The position numbers and the translations under genes are program-made. Of a DNA stretch of 15,405 nucleotides, positions 7,727-15,405 are shown piece by piece (the stretch's first letter is position 1; each line of letters starts with the position of its first letter). Source of the stretch: Chlamydiae bacterium RIFCSPHIGHO2_12_FULL_49_11 (GTDB taxonomy: Bacteria; Chlamydiota; Chlamydiia; Chlamydiales; 2-12-FULL-49-11); NCBI GenBank assembly GCA_001794905.1, contig MGLW01000046.1, positions 1-15,405 on the forward strand. Reading direction: 5' to 3'. The notes under the pieces were generated by a model. The model was given only the letters and a program-made list of their open reading frames with translations. It ran no database searches and was not told where the DNA came from.

Positions 7727-8239
7727 ATGGATACCGATAAACCTCTCATTTACATGCTCGTCAACAATTTATTTGTCCCCGATAGCGCCTATCACGTACG
7801 CTCTACCCTCGGCGAGGTCACCGCCTTTCCCACCGACTGGGAAAAACGGGTCAAGGGACCCTTTCTCTATACCCTTGCCGGAGTTATCAGCTTAGCAAAT
7901 ACGGTCCTCTATGCCCTCATGGCAGCCGGCGGCTTCATCACCGCCTGCGGCGATTTTACGCACAAAGAGCGGTGGGTCACGGCAGCAAACGAATGGACAA
8001 ACATATTGCGCTCTCTTATCGGCACCATTGCCCTCCCCCTTATCGGCCTCTTTGGAATCATTCTCCCTAAAGTATTCTTTCCGGAAATCAAAAACGGTTC
8101 AAACCTGAAACTTCAAGTGTCACAAGCTCCGGCTGCCCCGCAGAGTCTGCCTGCACCGCCGCACGTCACTGCTACTGCAACGCAAAATCTACCAACTGCG
8201 CCGCACGTCACTGCTACTGCAACGCCATCGCAAGTGTAG
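7727..8239 (+). CDS. Hypothetical membrane protein (170 aa) with a Pro/Thr/Ala-rich repeated C-terminal tail
   Basis: Two hydrophobic segments (FLYTLAGVISLANTVLYALMAAGGFITA; LIGTIALPLIGLFGIILPKVFF) and a tail with 2x PHVTATAT. ATG 7727 avoids overlap with the Nudix gene. Confidence 0.7.
   Translation: MDTDKPLIYMLVNNLFVPDSAYHVRSTLGEVTAFPTDWEKRVKGPFLYTLAGVISLANTVLYALMAAGGFITACGDFTHKERWVTAANEWTNILRSLIGTIALPLIGLFGIILPKVFFPEIKNGSNLKLQVSQAPAAPQSLPAPPHVTATATQNLPTAPHVTATATPSQV
8144..8227 (+). repeat. Two-copy 42-bp in-frame tandem repeat
   Basis: An identical 27-mer, CGCCGCACGTCACTGCTACTGCAACGC, lies at 8157-8183 and 8199-8225. The units encode SLPAPPHVTATATQ / NLPTAPHVTATATP. Confidence 0.9.
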
Positions 8240-9587
8240 AACGGTTTACTTTGCCGACCAAGTCGTACTCGTCAAAAGCGGTAATGCGGACGGGATAGGT
8301 GCGGCCAACCGTCAAATTGTGCCCCTCGACGTAGGTGACCCCGTCGACGTCGGGGCATTGGAATTTCGCATGGCCAACGTATAGCCCTTCTTCTTCGGTC
8401 TTGCGGTCGATCACTACCTCTACTTTCTTTCCAAGAAAGCGGGGAAGAAGTTTTGCCCGGAGCGCTTCTTGCTGCGCCCCCACGATGCGGAGAAGCCTTT
8501 CTTGTTTTACTTCTTCGGAGAGGTGTCCCTCCAAGGTTGCCGAATGAGACAGTTCTTCGCGCGAGTAGGTGAAAAAGCCGATGTTATCGATATGCCCTTC
8601 TTTCACAAAAGCGAGGAGCTCTTCAAATTCATCCTCCGTCTCGCCGGGAAAGCCGACCATAAGAGAGGTTCGAATCACGATGTCGGGAATTTCGCGTCGC
8701 AGTTTTTGGATCGTCGCCTCTATATGGGCGCGGCCTGTTTTGCGGTGCATCCGTTTTAGAATGCGGTCGTTGATATGTTGGATCGGCATGTCGATGTAAG
8801 GCAAAATTTTGGAGCTATTTTGCATCACACGGATGATATCGTCCGTAATTTCGTCGGGGTAGAGGTAGAGAAGTCGGATCCAAAAATCGCCCGGGATGGC
8901 ATCCAATGTTTCCAGGAGCTCGGCAAGGTTGCCCTTTACATGTCCCATATCCTTTCCGAAATCGCCGAGGTCCTGCGCGATCAGGATCACTTCCTTGACT
9001 TTCGATTGCAACAGGGCTCGAAACTCTCGCTCTACCTGCTCAATCGATTTACTCTGCAACTTCCCTTTAATGGTAGGAATAATACAGAACGAGCACCTCT
9101 TTTTGCACCCCTCGGCAATTTTCAGGTAAGCAAAGTGTTTAGGAGTGGAGGGAAGGCGCGGGGTTTCGGCCACCTGTAAAAAACTTTTTCGTGTCGGGGA
9201 TACGGCCTCGCCGGGCGTCATGACGGTCAGAGCGTCTAAAATTTTATCTACATCGCCGGCGCTCAAAAAATAATGGATATCGGGAAAGCGTGCTTTCAGC
9301 GGGAGGCGGTGGTTTTGCACCATGCACCCCGCCACGATTACCTTAGCTCCCTTCTTGCGCTCCTGAAAAATTTCTTCCAGAGTGCGATATGCCTCTTCAC
9401 GAGCGCTTTCCAAAAAGCCGCACGTGTTAACGACAAGGAAATCGGCTTCCGGGACCGTTTGGGCAAGGGCGTACCCCGCCTTCAGCACCGACCCGAGCAT
9501 CACCTCGGTATCGACCAGGTTGCGGGCGCAGCCGAGCGAAATAAAATGGACGGCAAGGCTGTCTTGTCGGGCAAGGGAAAAATCCAT
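8214..9587 (-). CDS. rimO: Ribosomal protein S12 methylthiotransferase RimO
   Basis: UPF0004 cysteines (SLGCARNLVD, VNTCGF, AGCMVQ), radical SAM YLKIAEGCKKRCSFCIIP, WIRLLYLYP, and a C-terminal TRAM domain with CPDVDG. The real start is ATG 9587 or 9596, not 10205. Confidence 0.93.
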   Translation of the reverse strand: MDFSLARQDSLAVHFISLGCARNLVDTEVMLGSVLKAGYALAQTVPEADFLVVNTCGFLESAREEAYRTLEEIFQERKKGAKVIVAGCMVQNHRLPLKARFPDIHYFLSAGDVDKILDALTVMTPGEAVSPTRKSFLQVAETPRLPSTPKHFAYLKIAEGCKKRCSFCIIPTIKGKLQSKSIEQVEREFRALLQSKVKEVILIAQDLGDFGKDMGHVKGNLAELLETLDAIPGDFWIRLLYLYPDEITDDIIRVMQNSSKILPYIDMPIQHINDRILKRMHRKTGRAHIEATIQKLRREIPDIVIRTSLMVGFPGETEDEFEELLAFVKEGHIDNIGFFTYSREELSHSATLEGHLSEEVKQERLLRIVGAQQEALRAKLLPRFLGKKVEVVIDRKTEEEGLYVGHAKFQCPDVDGVTYVEGHNLTVGRTYPVRITAFDEYDLVGKVNRSTLAMALQ

Positions 9588-9594
9588 GGGAGGC

Positions 9595-9623
9595 ATTGTA
9601 GCTTTTTCCCCCTTCCCGCTCAA
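9595..9623 (-). promoter_or_regulatory. Putative sigma66/70 promoter of rimO
   Basis: Minus strand TTGAGC (9623-9618) - 17 nt - TACAAT (9600-9595), 7 nt before ATG 9587. Confidence 0.55.
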
Positions 9624-9646
9624 TCTTTTTTCAACAAAGAATAGTT

Positions 9647-9675
9647 TTGCAATGAAGGGGTTTCTTTTATACAAT
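9647..9675 (+). promoter_or_regulatory. Putative sigma66/70 promoter of the oppBCDF operon
   Basis: TTGCAA (9647-9652) - 17 nt - TACAAT (9670-9675), 8 nt before ATG 9684. Confidence 0.65.
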
Positions 9676-9683
9676 ATGTGACG

Positions 9684-10619
9684 ATGGTCACCTGGGTAAG
9701 CTATGTTGTGCGAAAACTCGTCTGGATTCTTGCCTCGATTTTTGTCGTCGCTTCCCTTACCTTCTTTTTGATGAAATGCATTCCGGGCGATCCGTTCACG
9801 CAAGAACAGGCTATTCCCGAAGAGATTTTGAAAAGCCTGTACACCCATTACGGACTCGATAAACCTCTTTTCATCCAGTATCTGAAATACCTGAAAGGGA
9901 TCATCACCTGGGATTTCGGCCCGTCGTTTAAATTTGAGGGACGCACGCTCAACGAGATCATTTCGGAAGGTTTCCCGATCTCGTTTATCCTCGGAAGTCT
10001 TGCTCTTATCCTTTCCCTTGGGGTCGGGATATCCCTCGGCAGCCTTGGGGCTTTTTTCCATCACCGGAGATGGGATAAAATCACGATGATCCTTGCCATT
10101 ATCGGCCTGTCGGTTCCCAGCTTTATCCTGGCAACGAGTTTGCAATACCTCTTCGGCATGAAGCTGAAAATTCTTCCGATTGCCCGCTGGGGAGGATTTT
10201 CCCATATCATCATGCCGGTCCTCAGCCTATCCTTTTTCCCGAGCGCGTTTATAGCCCGACTGATCCGGTCTAAAATGATCGAAATCCTCTCCCGGGATTA
10301 TATTTTGGCTGCCCGGGCAAAAGGACTTTCCTCATTCCGGATATGGAAAAATCACGTACTCAAAAACAGTTTCATGCCGGTACTGTCTTACCTGGGAAGC
10401 ATTTCAACCAACATTTTTACCGGAAGTTTCGTTGTCGAAAAAATTTTCGGAATCCCCGGGCTCGGCCACTGGTTCGTCACCAGTATCATCAACCGCGACT
10501 ACACGTTCATCATGGGGTTGACCGTATTCTACTCGGGCGTGCTCATGGTTACCATTTTTGTTATCGATATCGTATACTCTATCATAGACCCGCGCGTGAG
10601 GACCAAAATCTATGAATAA
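9684..10619 (+). CDS. oppB: Oligopeptide/dipeptide ABC transporter permease OppB
   Basis: IPGDPF, YGLDKPLFIQYLKYL, DFGPSF, the EAA-loop equivalent DYILAARAKGLS, VEKIFGIPGLG, IIDPRVR; multiple TM segments. Confidence 0.9.
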   Translation: MVTWVSYVVRKLVWILASIFVVASLTFFLMKCIPGDPFTQEQAIPEEILKSLYTHYGLDKPLFIQYLKYLKGIITWDFGPSFKFEGRTLNEIISEGFPISFILGSLALILSLGVGISLGSLGAFFHHRRWDKITMILAIIGLSVPSFILATSLQYLFGMKLKILPIARWGGFSHIIMPVLSLSFFPSAFIARLIRSKMIEILSRDYILAARAKGLSSFRIWKNHVLKNSFMPVLSYLGSISTNIFTGSFVVEKIFGIPGLGHWFVTSIINRDYTFIMGLTVFYSGVLMVTIFVIDIVYSIIDPRVRTKIYE

Positions 10620-11469
10620 TATCGAGTACGACTTTCTTCCGGGAGTGCTGCAACGGTTTTGGAGGGATAGCGCTGCCCGCTTCGGGTGTTTCCTGCTCCT
10701 TGCCCTCATCATTTTCTCCCTCCTCGGACCCCTTTTTTCCGACGTGTCGTATTCGGATACCAATTTGCACCTGCGTAATACTCCCCCGGGCCTACTTTTC
10801 TTTTTCGGATCGGACGAACTGGGGCGGAGCATCTTTGTTCGCGTATGCTACGGTGCCAAGATTTCCCTTTTTGTCGGCCTCTCCGCAGCCGTCATCGATA
10901 TGGTGATCGGAACTCTGATCGGCGGTTTTGCGGCGCTGATGGGAGGTAAAACCGAAGAGCTGATCATGCGTCTTGTGGATATATTGAATTCCCTTCCCAA
11001 TCTCCTCATCATCATCCTGCTCAGCGTCGTTTTACAACCCGGAGTCCTCACCCTGATCCTTGCCATGACCATCACAGGCTGGGTCAATATGGCACGCATC
11101 ACGCGGAGTGAGTTTATCTCCCTTGGCAAACAAAACTTTATGGCCGCAGCCGTTTCGATGGGGGCTTCGAAAAAACACCTGTTCTTCCGCCACTTGCTCC
11201 CCAATGCTATCGGGCCCATCATCACTACCATGATGCTCACCATTCCACACGCCATCTTCACCGAAGCCTTCCTCAGCTTTTTAGGCCTTGGGGTGCAGCC
11301 TCCCCTCGCCAGCCTCGGTACGATGGCCAGTGACGGCCTCTCTGCCCTCGTTTTCTACCCGTGGCGCCTGATCATCCCCGCAATGTTCATCACCATCACG
11401 ATTTTTTCTTTTTACCTGATCGCCGATAGCCTTCGCGACGCTTTTGATCCCGGAGAATTTTATGGGTGA
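10612..11469 (+). CDS. oppC: Oligopeptide/dipeptide ABC transporter permease OppC
   Basis: FFGSDELGRSIFVRVCYGAKISL, FMAAAVSMGAS, RHLLPN, EAFLSFLGLGVQPP, DSLRDAFDP; overlaps the oppB stop. Confidence 0.9.
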   Translation: MNNIEYDFLPGVLQRFWRDSAARFGCFLLLALIIFSLLGPLFSDVSYSDTNLHLRNTPPGLLFFFGSDELGRSIFVRVCYGAKISLFVGLSAAVIDMVIGTLIGGFAALMGGKTEELIMRLVDILNSLPNLLIIILLSVVLQPGVLTLILAMTITGWVNMARITRSEFISLGKQNFMAAAVSMGASKKHLFFRHLLPNAIGPIITTMMLTIPHAIFTEAFLSFLGLGVQPPLASLGTMASDGLSALVFYPWRLIIPAMFITITIFSFYLIADSLRDAFDPGEFYG

Positions 11470-12220
11470 AATCCTTAAATTCGAACATTACTCCCTTTCT
11501 TTCGAGAAAAAAGGGAACTTAAGCCCCATTTTACAAGACGTTTCGTTTTCGGTGAAGGAAGGCAGCCTAGTTGCCATTGTGGGCCGCTCGGGAAGCGGCA
11601 AAACCCTTCTCCTCCGTTCCATTTTGCGCCTTCCCGGCACAATGGCGAGACGCAGCGGCACAATTCTTTTTAAAGGGGAAGACCTCGATTCCAAAACGGA
11701 AAAGGAAATGCGAGAGGTACGCGGCGGAAAAATCGGTATGATTTTTCAAGATCCGGTCGCCTCCTTGAGTCCCCTCATGAAGATCGGAAAACAGATCGTC
11801 GAGGTAGCCTGCCTCCACCGGCCGACCCTATCGCCTCTTCTGGCAAGGGAAAAGGCGGAGCGTCTCTTCGACCTTGTTGGAATCGACAGGCCAAAAATGC
11901 GCATGAATCAATATCCTTTTGAACTCAGCGGCGGACAATGCCAGCGAGTATGTATCGCGATCGCTCTCATCACCGGACCTTCCCTTCTCCTTGCCGATGA
12001 GCCGACGACCGCTCTCGACGTCACTACGGCACGCCAAATCATGAAGCTATTCATGAAAATCAAAAAGGAACTAGGGATGACGATTCTCTTTGTCACGCAT
12101 AATCTCCACCTGATCCGGGATTATGGGGATGAGATTCTCATGCTCTCCGGCGGATCGATTACCGAGACCCTGACCGGCAAGGATGAGCTCACGAATGAGG
12201 CATTGTATGCACGTTCTTGA
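11462..12220 (+). CDS. oppD: Oligopeptide/dipeptide ABC transporter ATP-binding protein OppD (short form, 252 aa)
   Basis: Walker A GRSGSGKT, IGMIFQDP, signature YPFELSGGQCQR, Walker B LLLADEPTTALD, H-loop VTH. Confidence 0.88.
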   Translation: MGEILKFEHYSLSFEKKGNLSPILQDVSFSVKEGSLVAIVGRSGSGKTLLLRSILRLPGTMARRSGTILFKGEDLDSKTEKEMREVRGGKIGMIFQDPVASLSPLMKIGKQIVEVACLHRPTLSPLLAREKAERLFDLVGIDRPKMRMNQYPFELSGGQCQRVCIAIALITGPSLLLADEPTTALDVTTARQIMKLFMKIKKELGMTILFVTHNLHLIRDYGDEILMLSGGSITETLTGKDELTNEALYARS

Positions 12221-12953
12221 ACTCTCTGAAATCAAAAAAACCCACTATTACAAACGCCGCCCCTGTTTTCAAATCGGACCGATCACTTTCGCTCTCGAGA
12301 AAGGGAAAACCGTTGCCCTTGTCGGAGAAAGCGGCGCCGGAAAGTCGAGCATTGCCCGCATCGTCATGCTCCTGGATAAACCCGATTCGGGCCAAATCCT
12401 TTTCAACGGCACTGCCGTTACCCGCGCCGAAAAAACACGGTACCGATCGAAAGTCCAGATCATTTTTCAGGACCCCTATACGACTCTTAATCCGCGGATG
12501 ACAACGAAAATGACACTCCTGGAACCGTGGGAAATTCACAAGAGCGGATCACTGCAAGAAGCGGAGAACAAAATGCGCACTCTTTTACAAATGGTGGGTC
12601 TCAGTAAGCATCACCTCGATCGTTTTCCTCACCAGCTCAGCGGAGGAGAACGGCAGCGCGTCGGTATCGCCCGAGCCCTCATGGTGAGTCCTGAATTCCT
12701 TGTCCTCGATGAGCCGACCGCTTCTCTCGACTACATCACTGCCGCACAAATCCTCCACCTTCTAGAACGCCTCCAGGCCGAGTTTTCTCTTGCATACCTT
12801 CTCATCACCCACGATTTGAGGATGGTCCGCGCCGCAGCATCAGAAGTTCTCGTTCTTCAAGAGGGAAAAATCATCGAAAGGAAAGAGACCGAATTATTAT
12901 TTACACAGCCGGAGGCTGCTTATACCCGTGAGCTTATCGATGCAAGTTTCTAG
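12207..12953 (+). CDS. oppF: Oligopeptide/dipeptide ABC transporter ATP-binding protein OppF (short form, 248 aa)
   Basis: Walker A GESGAGKS, QIIFQDPYTTLNPR, FPHQLSGGERQR, LVLDEPTASLD, ITHDL; ends PEAAYTRELI. Confidence 0.88.
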   Translation: MHVLELSEIKKTHYYKRRPCFQIGPITFALEKGKTVALVGESGAGKSSIARIVMLLDKPDSGQILFNGTAVTRAEKTRYRSKVQIIFQDPYTTLNPRMTTKMTLLEPWEIHKSGSLQEAENKMRTLLQMVGLSKHHLDRFPHQLSGGERQRVGIARALMVSPEFLVLDEPTASLDYITAAQILHLLERLQAEFSLAYLLITHDLRMVRAAASEVLVLQEGKIIERKETELLFTQPEAAYTRELIDASF

Positions 12954-13710
12954 AATTTGGAACCGCCTGGGTCAGCGCATCGAAATGTTGCACAACGACT
13001 ATGCCGCAAAACTTTCCGGCAAGGTGAACCTCGTTGCTGTCCTCTCCCTTTTCCTCTACCCTTTTTATTTTCTTGTGGAACTCGTACGGACCTTTCGCGA
13101 TATTCACATCAAATATGCCCTCGAAAATCGGAAATTTACGGTAATCGAGCGCTACGTTTCATTTGACGGGAATGTGATAGAAACCCTCTTCGGCCGCCGC
13201 CGCAAGAATATATTGCAACTGGCTATCGAAGAGCGCCTCCCCGGCATGCATCCCCTGGGCGGCCCCTTTCCCCGACAACTTCTAGAAATGATCCAATACT
13301 CCCGTACTCTGGAAGGGGAAAAGCGGGCTCTACAAAACCGGAACATTCAGGTGTGGCTGGAACAAAGTCCCGAACTCATGTGGGCCGACGACGACACGGT
13401 TCATGACCTTCTTTTCTATGCAAGCGGCGGCTCGTACGATAATATTCCGGCAAACGAGGAACTCATCGCATGGATAGGCAGAAAAAAAGAGGTACACGAA
13501 ACGGCCTCCCTCATTCAAACCATCCTAAAACAAAAAAACCTCACGACCGTGTTTTTGCAGGAAGGACTGAAAACGGCCGTAGTTGGGCGGGATATATTTG
13601 CGATAAACGCTATCTTAGAACTAAAGCCCCCTCTGAGCGACGATCTTGCCCGGTATATTGAACGGTTCGGAAATGCAGAAATCCTTCAGTCTTTTTCCTC
13701 TTGCCGATAG
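12940..13710 (+). CDS. Hypothetical protein (256 aa) with one N-terminal hydrophobic segment
   Basis: A long ORF overlapping the oppF stop, with the hydrophobic stretch VNLVAVLSLFLYPFYFLVELV. The C-terminal helices are weakly ankyrin-like. No family recognised. Confidence 0.7.
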   Translation: MQVSRIWNRLGQRIEMLHNDYAAKLSGKVNLVAVLSLFLYPFYFLVELVRTFRDIHIKYALENRKFTVIERYVSFDGNVIETLFGRRRKNILQLAIEERLPGMHPLGGPFPRQLLEMIQYSRTLEGEKRALQNRNIQVWLEQSPELMWADDDTVHDLLFYASGGSYDNIPANEELIAWIGRKKEVHETASLIQTILKQKNLTTVFLQEGLKTAVVGRDIFAINAILELKPPLSDDLARYIERFGNAEILQSFSSCR

Positions 13711-15405
13711 AGCGATTCGCGAAGAGACGGCTCTCCCCCTTCCTGTCCGCTTTGACGGGCACGGCATACCCACACCCGGCACTTTGCTTCCTTCATGATT
13801 TTTTCGGTGACCGGCCCGAGGTGGTCGTAATGGCGCGTTCCCAAAACGACGAGATCGAAATCTTCTTTTTCGATCATGCTGAGAATCGCGCGTGTAACGG
13901 AGCGGGATGTGTACATACGGGTTTTGATGTTAACCCCTTGCTCCCGCGCGATCGCTTCAACGCGGTCGAGCACTTCCCGCGAATAGGTCTGTTTCTGGAG
14001 CATTGTCGTGGAAAGGGGCATCAAAAAAGGAACTTCGACGATATGCACAGCTACGAGCTCTGCACCGTACATTTTGGCAAGCTGGGCGCTGACGAGAACA
14101 GTATCGGTCGCAAGGTGGCCCCGTGTCGGAAGCAAAATTTTTTTCACCTTCACTTCTTCAAAATCGTCCACTTTCACTTTAGCTATTTCGATGTTGCCGA
14201 TCGACGGCAAGTGGTGGCTTCTCCGATAAATCAGATACATGACAAGGCCAGCTGCGACCCAAAGAATCCCCAAATTCCTTCCATCCGGTTTTGTGACAAG
14301 AACCATGCACCAAACAGAAAAAGTGGCGATTGCTCCTATGACGGCCATGACCGGAATTTCAGCATTCTTGAAACGGATATTTCCCTTCACCTTAAAAGGG
14401 CGCTCCATATCTGGAAAGCGGATCCGATGCAAAATGAGGGAAAGGTGGGCGCAAAAAAATGCAAGCATCGCTCCGAAATTGTACAAGTCAGCAAGAAAGG
14501 CGAGGCTTCCCCTGCTCCAGACAACCACGACCCCGGCAAGGACCGCAAAAAAGGCAAGGGCCGCAACCGGCGTCCGGCGCGTTTTATGGAGGGTGTAGAA
14601 AAAACGGGGCAGCTGGAAGTATTCTCCCATATTAAATGAGACACGCGAGGCTCCAATGAGGCCGGCGTTGGCTGCCACGATCAAAATGACTGCTGCGAGA
14701 AGCCCCACCCACGGTCCGAGAACATTCGCACCCAGCGGGAGAGCCGAAACAATTCCGGCAATCGGGTTTTCGAGATACGTTGTGGAGAGAACTTCGGGTG
14801 TTACCGCCGAAAGGGCTACGGTCGAGGTGCCGACATACATGAAGAGGAGCACTGCCATCGAAATCATGATCGCCCGAGGCACCGTTTTGCCGGGACGTGT
14901 GGCTTCGGCCGACAGCTGCGACATCGACTCGACTCCGGTATAAGCAACCATCGCCATCGTCACGCCGCGCCAGAAATTCGGCCAGGACGGCGACCATATT
15001 GTATCAAGCCCCCCAATGGTAAGGTGGGAAAAGAAGGTCGGAAGGTGGACCAAAAAAATAAATCCGATGACCACAATCAGAAATTGTGTGATAAGGGTCA
15101 TCCCTGTCAGCCACATGGATAGCCGCGTCGAATGTTTCGCGCCCCGAAAATTGATGACATAGAGAAAGGCGATGACGAGGAGAGTGAGCCCCAATTTCGC
15201 AGCAACAAACTGCAAGAAAGGAAAAAAGTAGGAGAGGTAGGGAGAAACCGAGTAGGCAGAAATGGCGATCGTGACAATATAATCGAGAAGAAGGGCCCAT
15301 CCGGCAATAAACGAAATAAGGTCGTTGAACGCTTTCCGGGAAAAGGCGGCGCTCCCTCCACTATCGGGCATACACGCCGAGAGTTCGGCATAGGTAGAGG
15401 CTGTA
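13686..15405 (-). CDS. APC-superfamily amino acid permease with a C-terminal universal stress protein (USP) domain (partial; 5' end lies beyond the window)
   Basis: The frame is open to the window edge (TASTYAELSACMPDSGGSAAF, an APC TM2 motif), with AYTGVES, GASRVSFNMG, RRTPVAA and RPFKV. The C-terminus has the USP pattern KKILLPT...AELVAVHIVE...DLVVLGT...VTEKIMKEAKCRVWV. Confidence 0.9.
   Translation of the reverse strand, partial: TASTYAELSACMPDSGGSAAFSRKAFNDLISFIAGWALLLDYIVTIAISAYSVSPYLSYFFPFLQFVAAKLGLTLLVIAFLYVINFRGAKHSTRLSMWLTGMTLITQFLIVVIGFIFLVHLPTFFSHLTIGGLDTIWSPSWPNFWRGVTMAMVAYTGVESMSQLSAEATRPGKTVPRAIMISMAVLLFMYVGTSTVALSAVTPEVLSTTYLENPIAGIVSALPLGANVLGPWVGLLAAVILIVAANAGLIGASRVSFNMGEYFQLPRFFYTLHKTRRTPVAALAFFAVLAGVVVVWSRGSLAFLADLYNFGAMLAFFCAHLSLILHRIRFPDMERPFKVKGNIRFKNAEIPVMAVIGAIATFSVWCMVLVTKPDGRNLGILWVAAGLVMYLIYRRSHHLPSIGNIEIAKVKVDDFEEVKVKKILLPTRGHLATDTVLVSAQLAKMYGAELVAVHIVEVPFLMPLSTTMLQKQTYSREVLDRVEAIAREQGVNIKTRMYTSRSVTRAILSMIEKEDFDLVVLGTRHYDHLGPVTEKIMKEAKCRVWVCRARQSGQEGGEPSLRESLYRQEEKD

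Noticed and set aside
8144-8227. 27-bp direct repeat as a CRISPR array or attachment site
   Set aside because: There are only two copies 15 nt apart, in frame within a coding tail, with no cas or integrase gene nearby.
6075-9587. Two radical SAM genes plus an ABC peptide transporter as a RiPP biosynthetic cluster
   Set aside because: Both enzymes carry the diagnostic motifs of housekeeping HemW and RimO, they lie in different transcription units, the transporter is an importer type, and no precursor peptide is evident.
9597-10205. N-terminal ~200-aa extension of the 663-aa ORF containing rimO
   Set aside because: It is antisense to oppB and crosses the promoter region. RimO homology begins only at about 9560, so this is a shadow open frame.
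13701-14639. 312-aa plus-strand ORF
   Set aside because: Antisense to the APC-USP gene, with no motifs; typical of a shadow frame.

Overview
This is a gene-dense chromosomal window, most likely from an environmental chlamydia (phylum Chlamydiota). The assignment rests on a CT053-like gene directly upstream of hemW and on eukaryote-like repeat proteins. The left part looks accessory. It holds a partial coiled-coil gene missed by the ORF track and a 1532-aa ankyrin-repeat protein. The ankyrin blocks are separated by five copies of a non-ankyrin module, and the C-terminus resembles an IpaH/SspH-type NEL E3 ubiquitin-ligase domain with a non-canonical CATR active-site motif. The middle and right parts hold a small orphan gene, the CT053-like gene, hemW, a MutT-type Nudix hydrolase, an orphan membrane protein with a 42-bp tandem repeat, rimO, an oppBCDF-type ABC transporter without oppA, another orphan, and a 5'-truncated APC permease fused to a USP domain. 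At the DNA level, five genes have a sigma70/sigma66-like -10 box only 6-9 nt before an ATG, which suggests leaderless mRNAs. One of these promoters is a symmetric bidirectional element. I saw no rRNA, tRNA, CRISPR array or mobile element. All family calls come from motifs read by eye; no searches were run.
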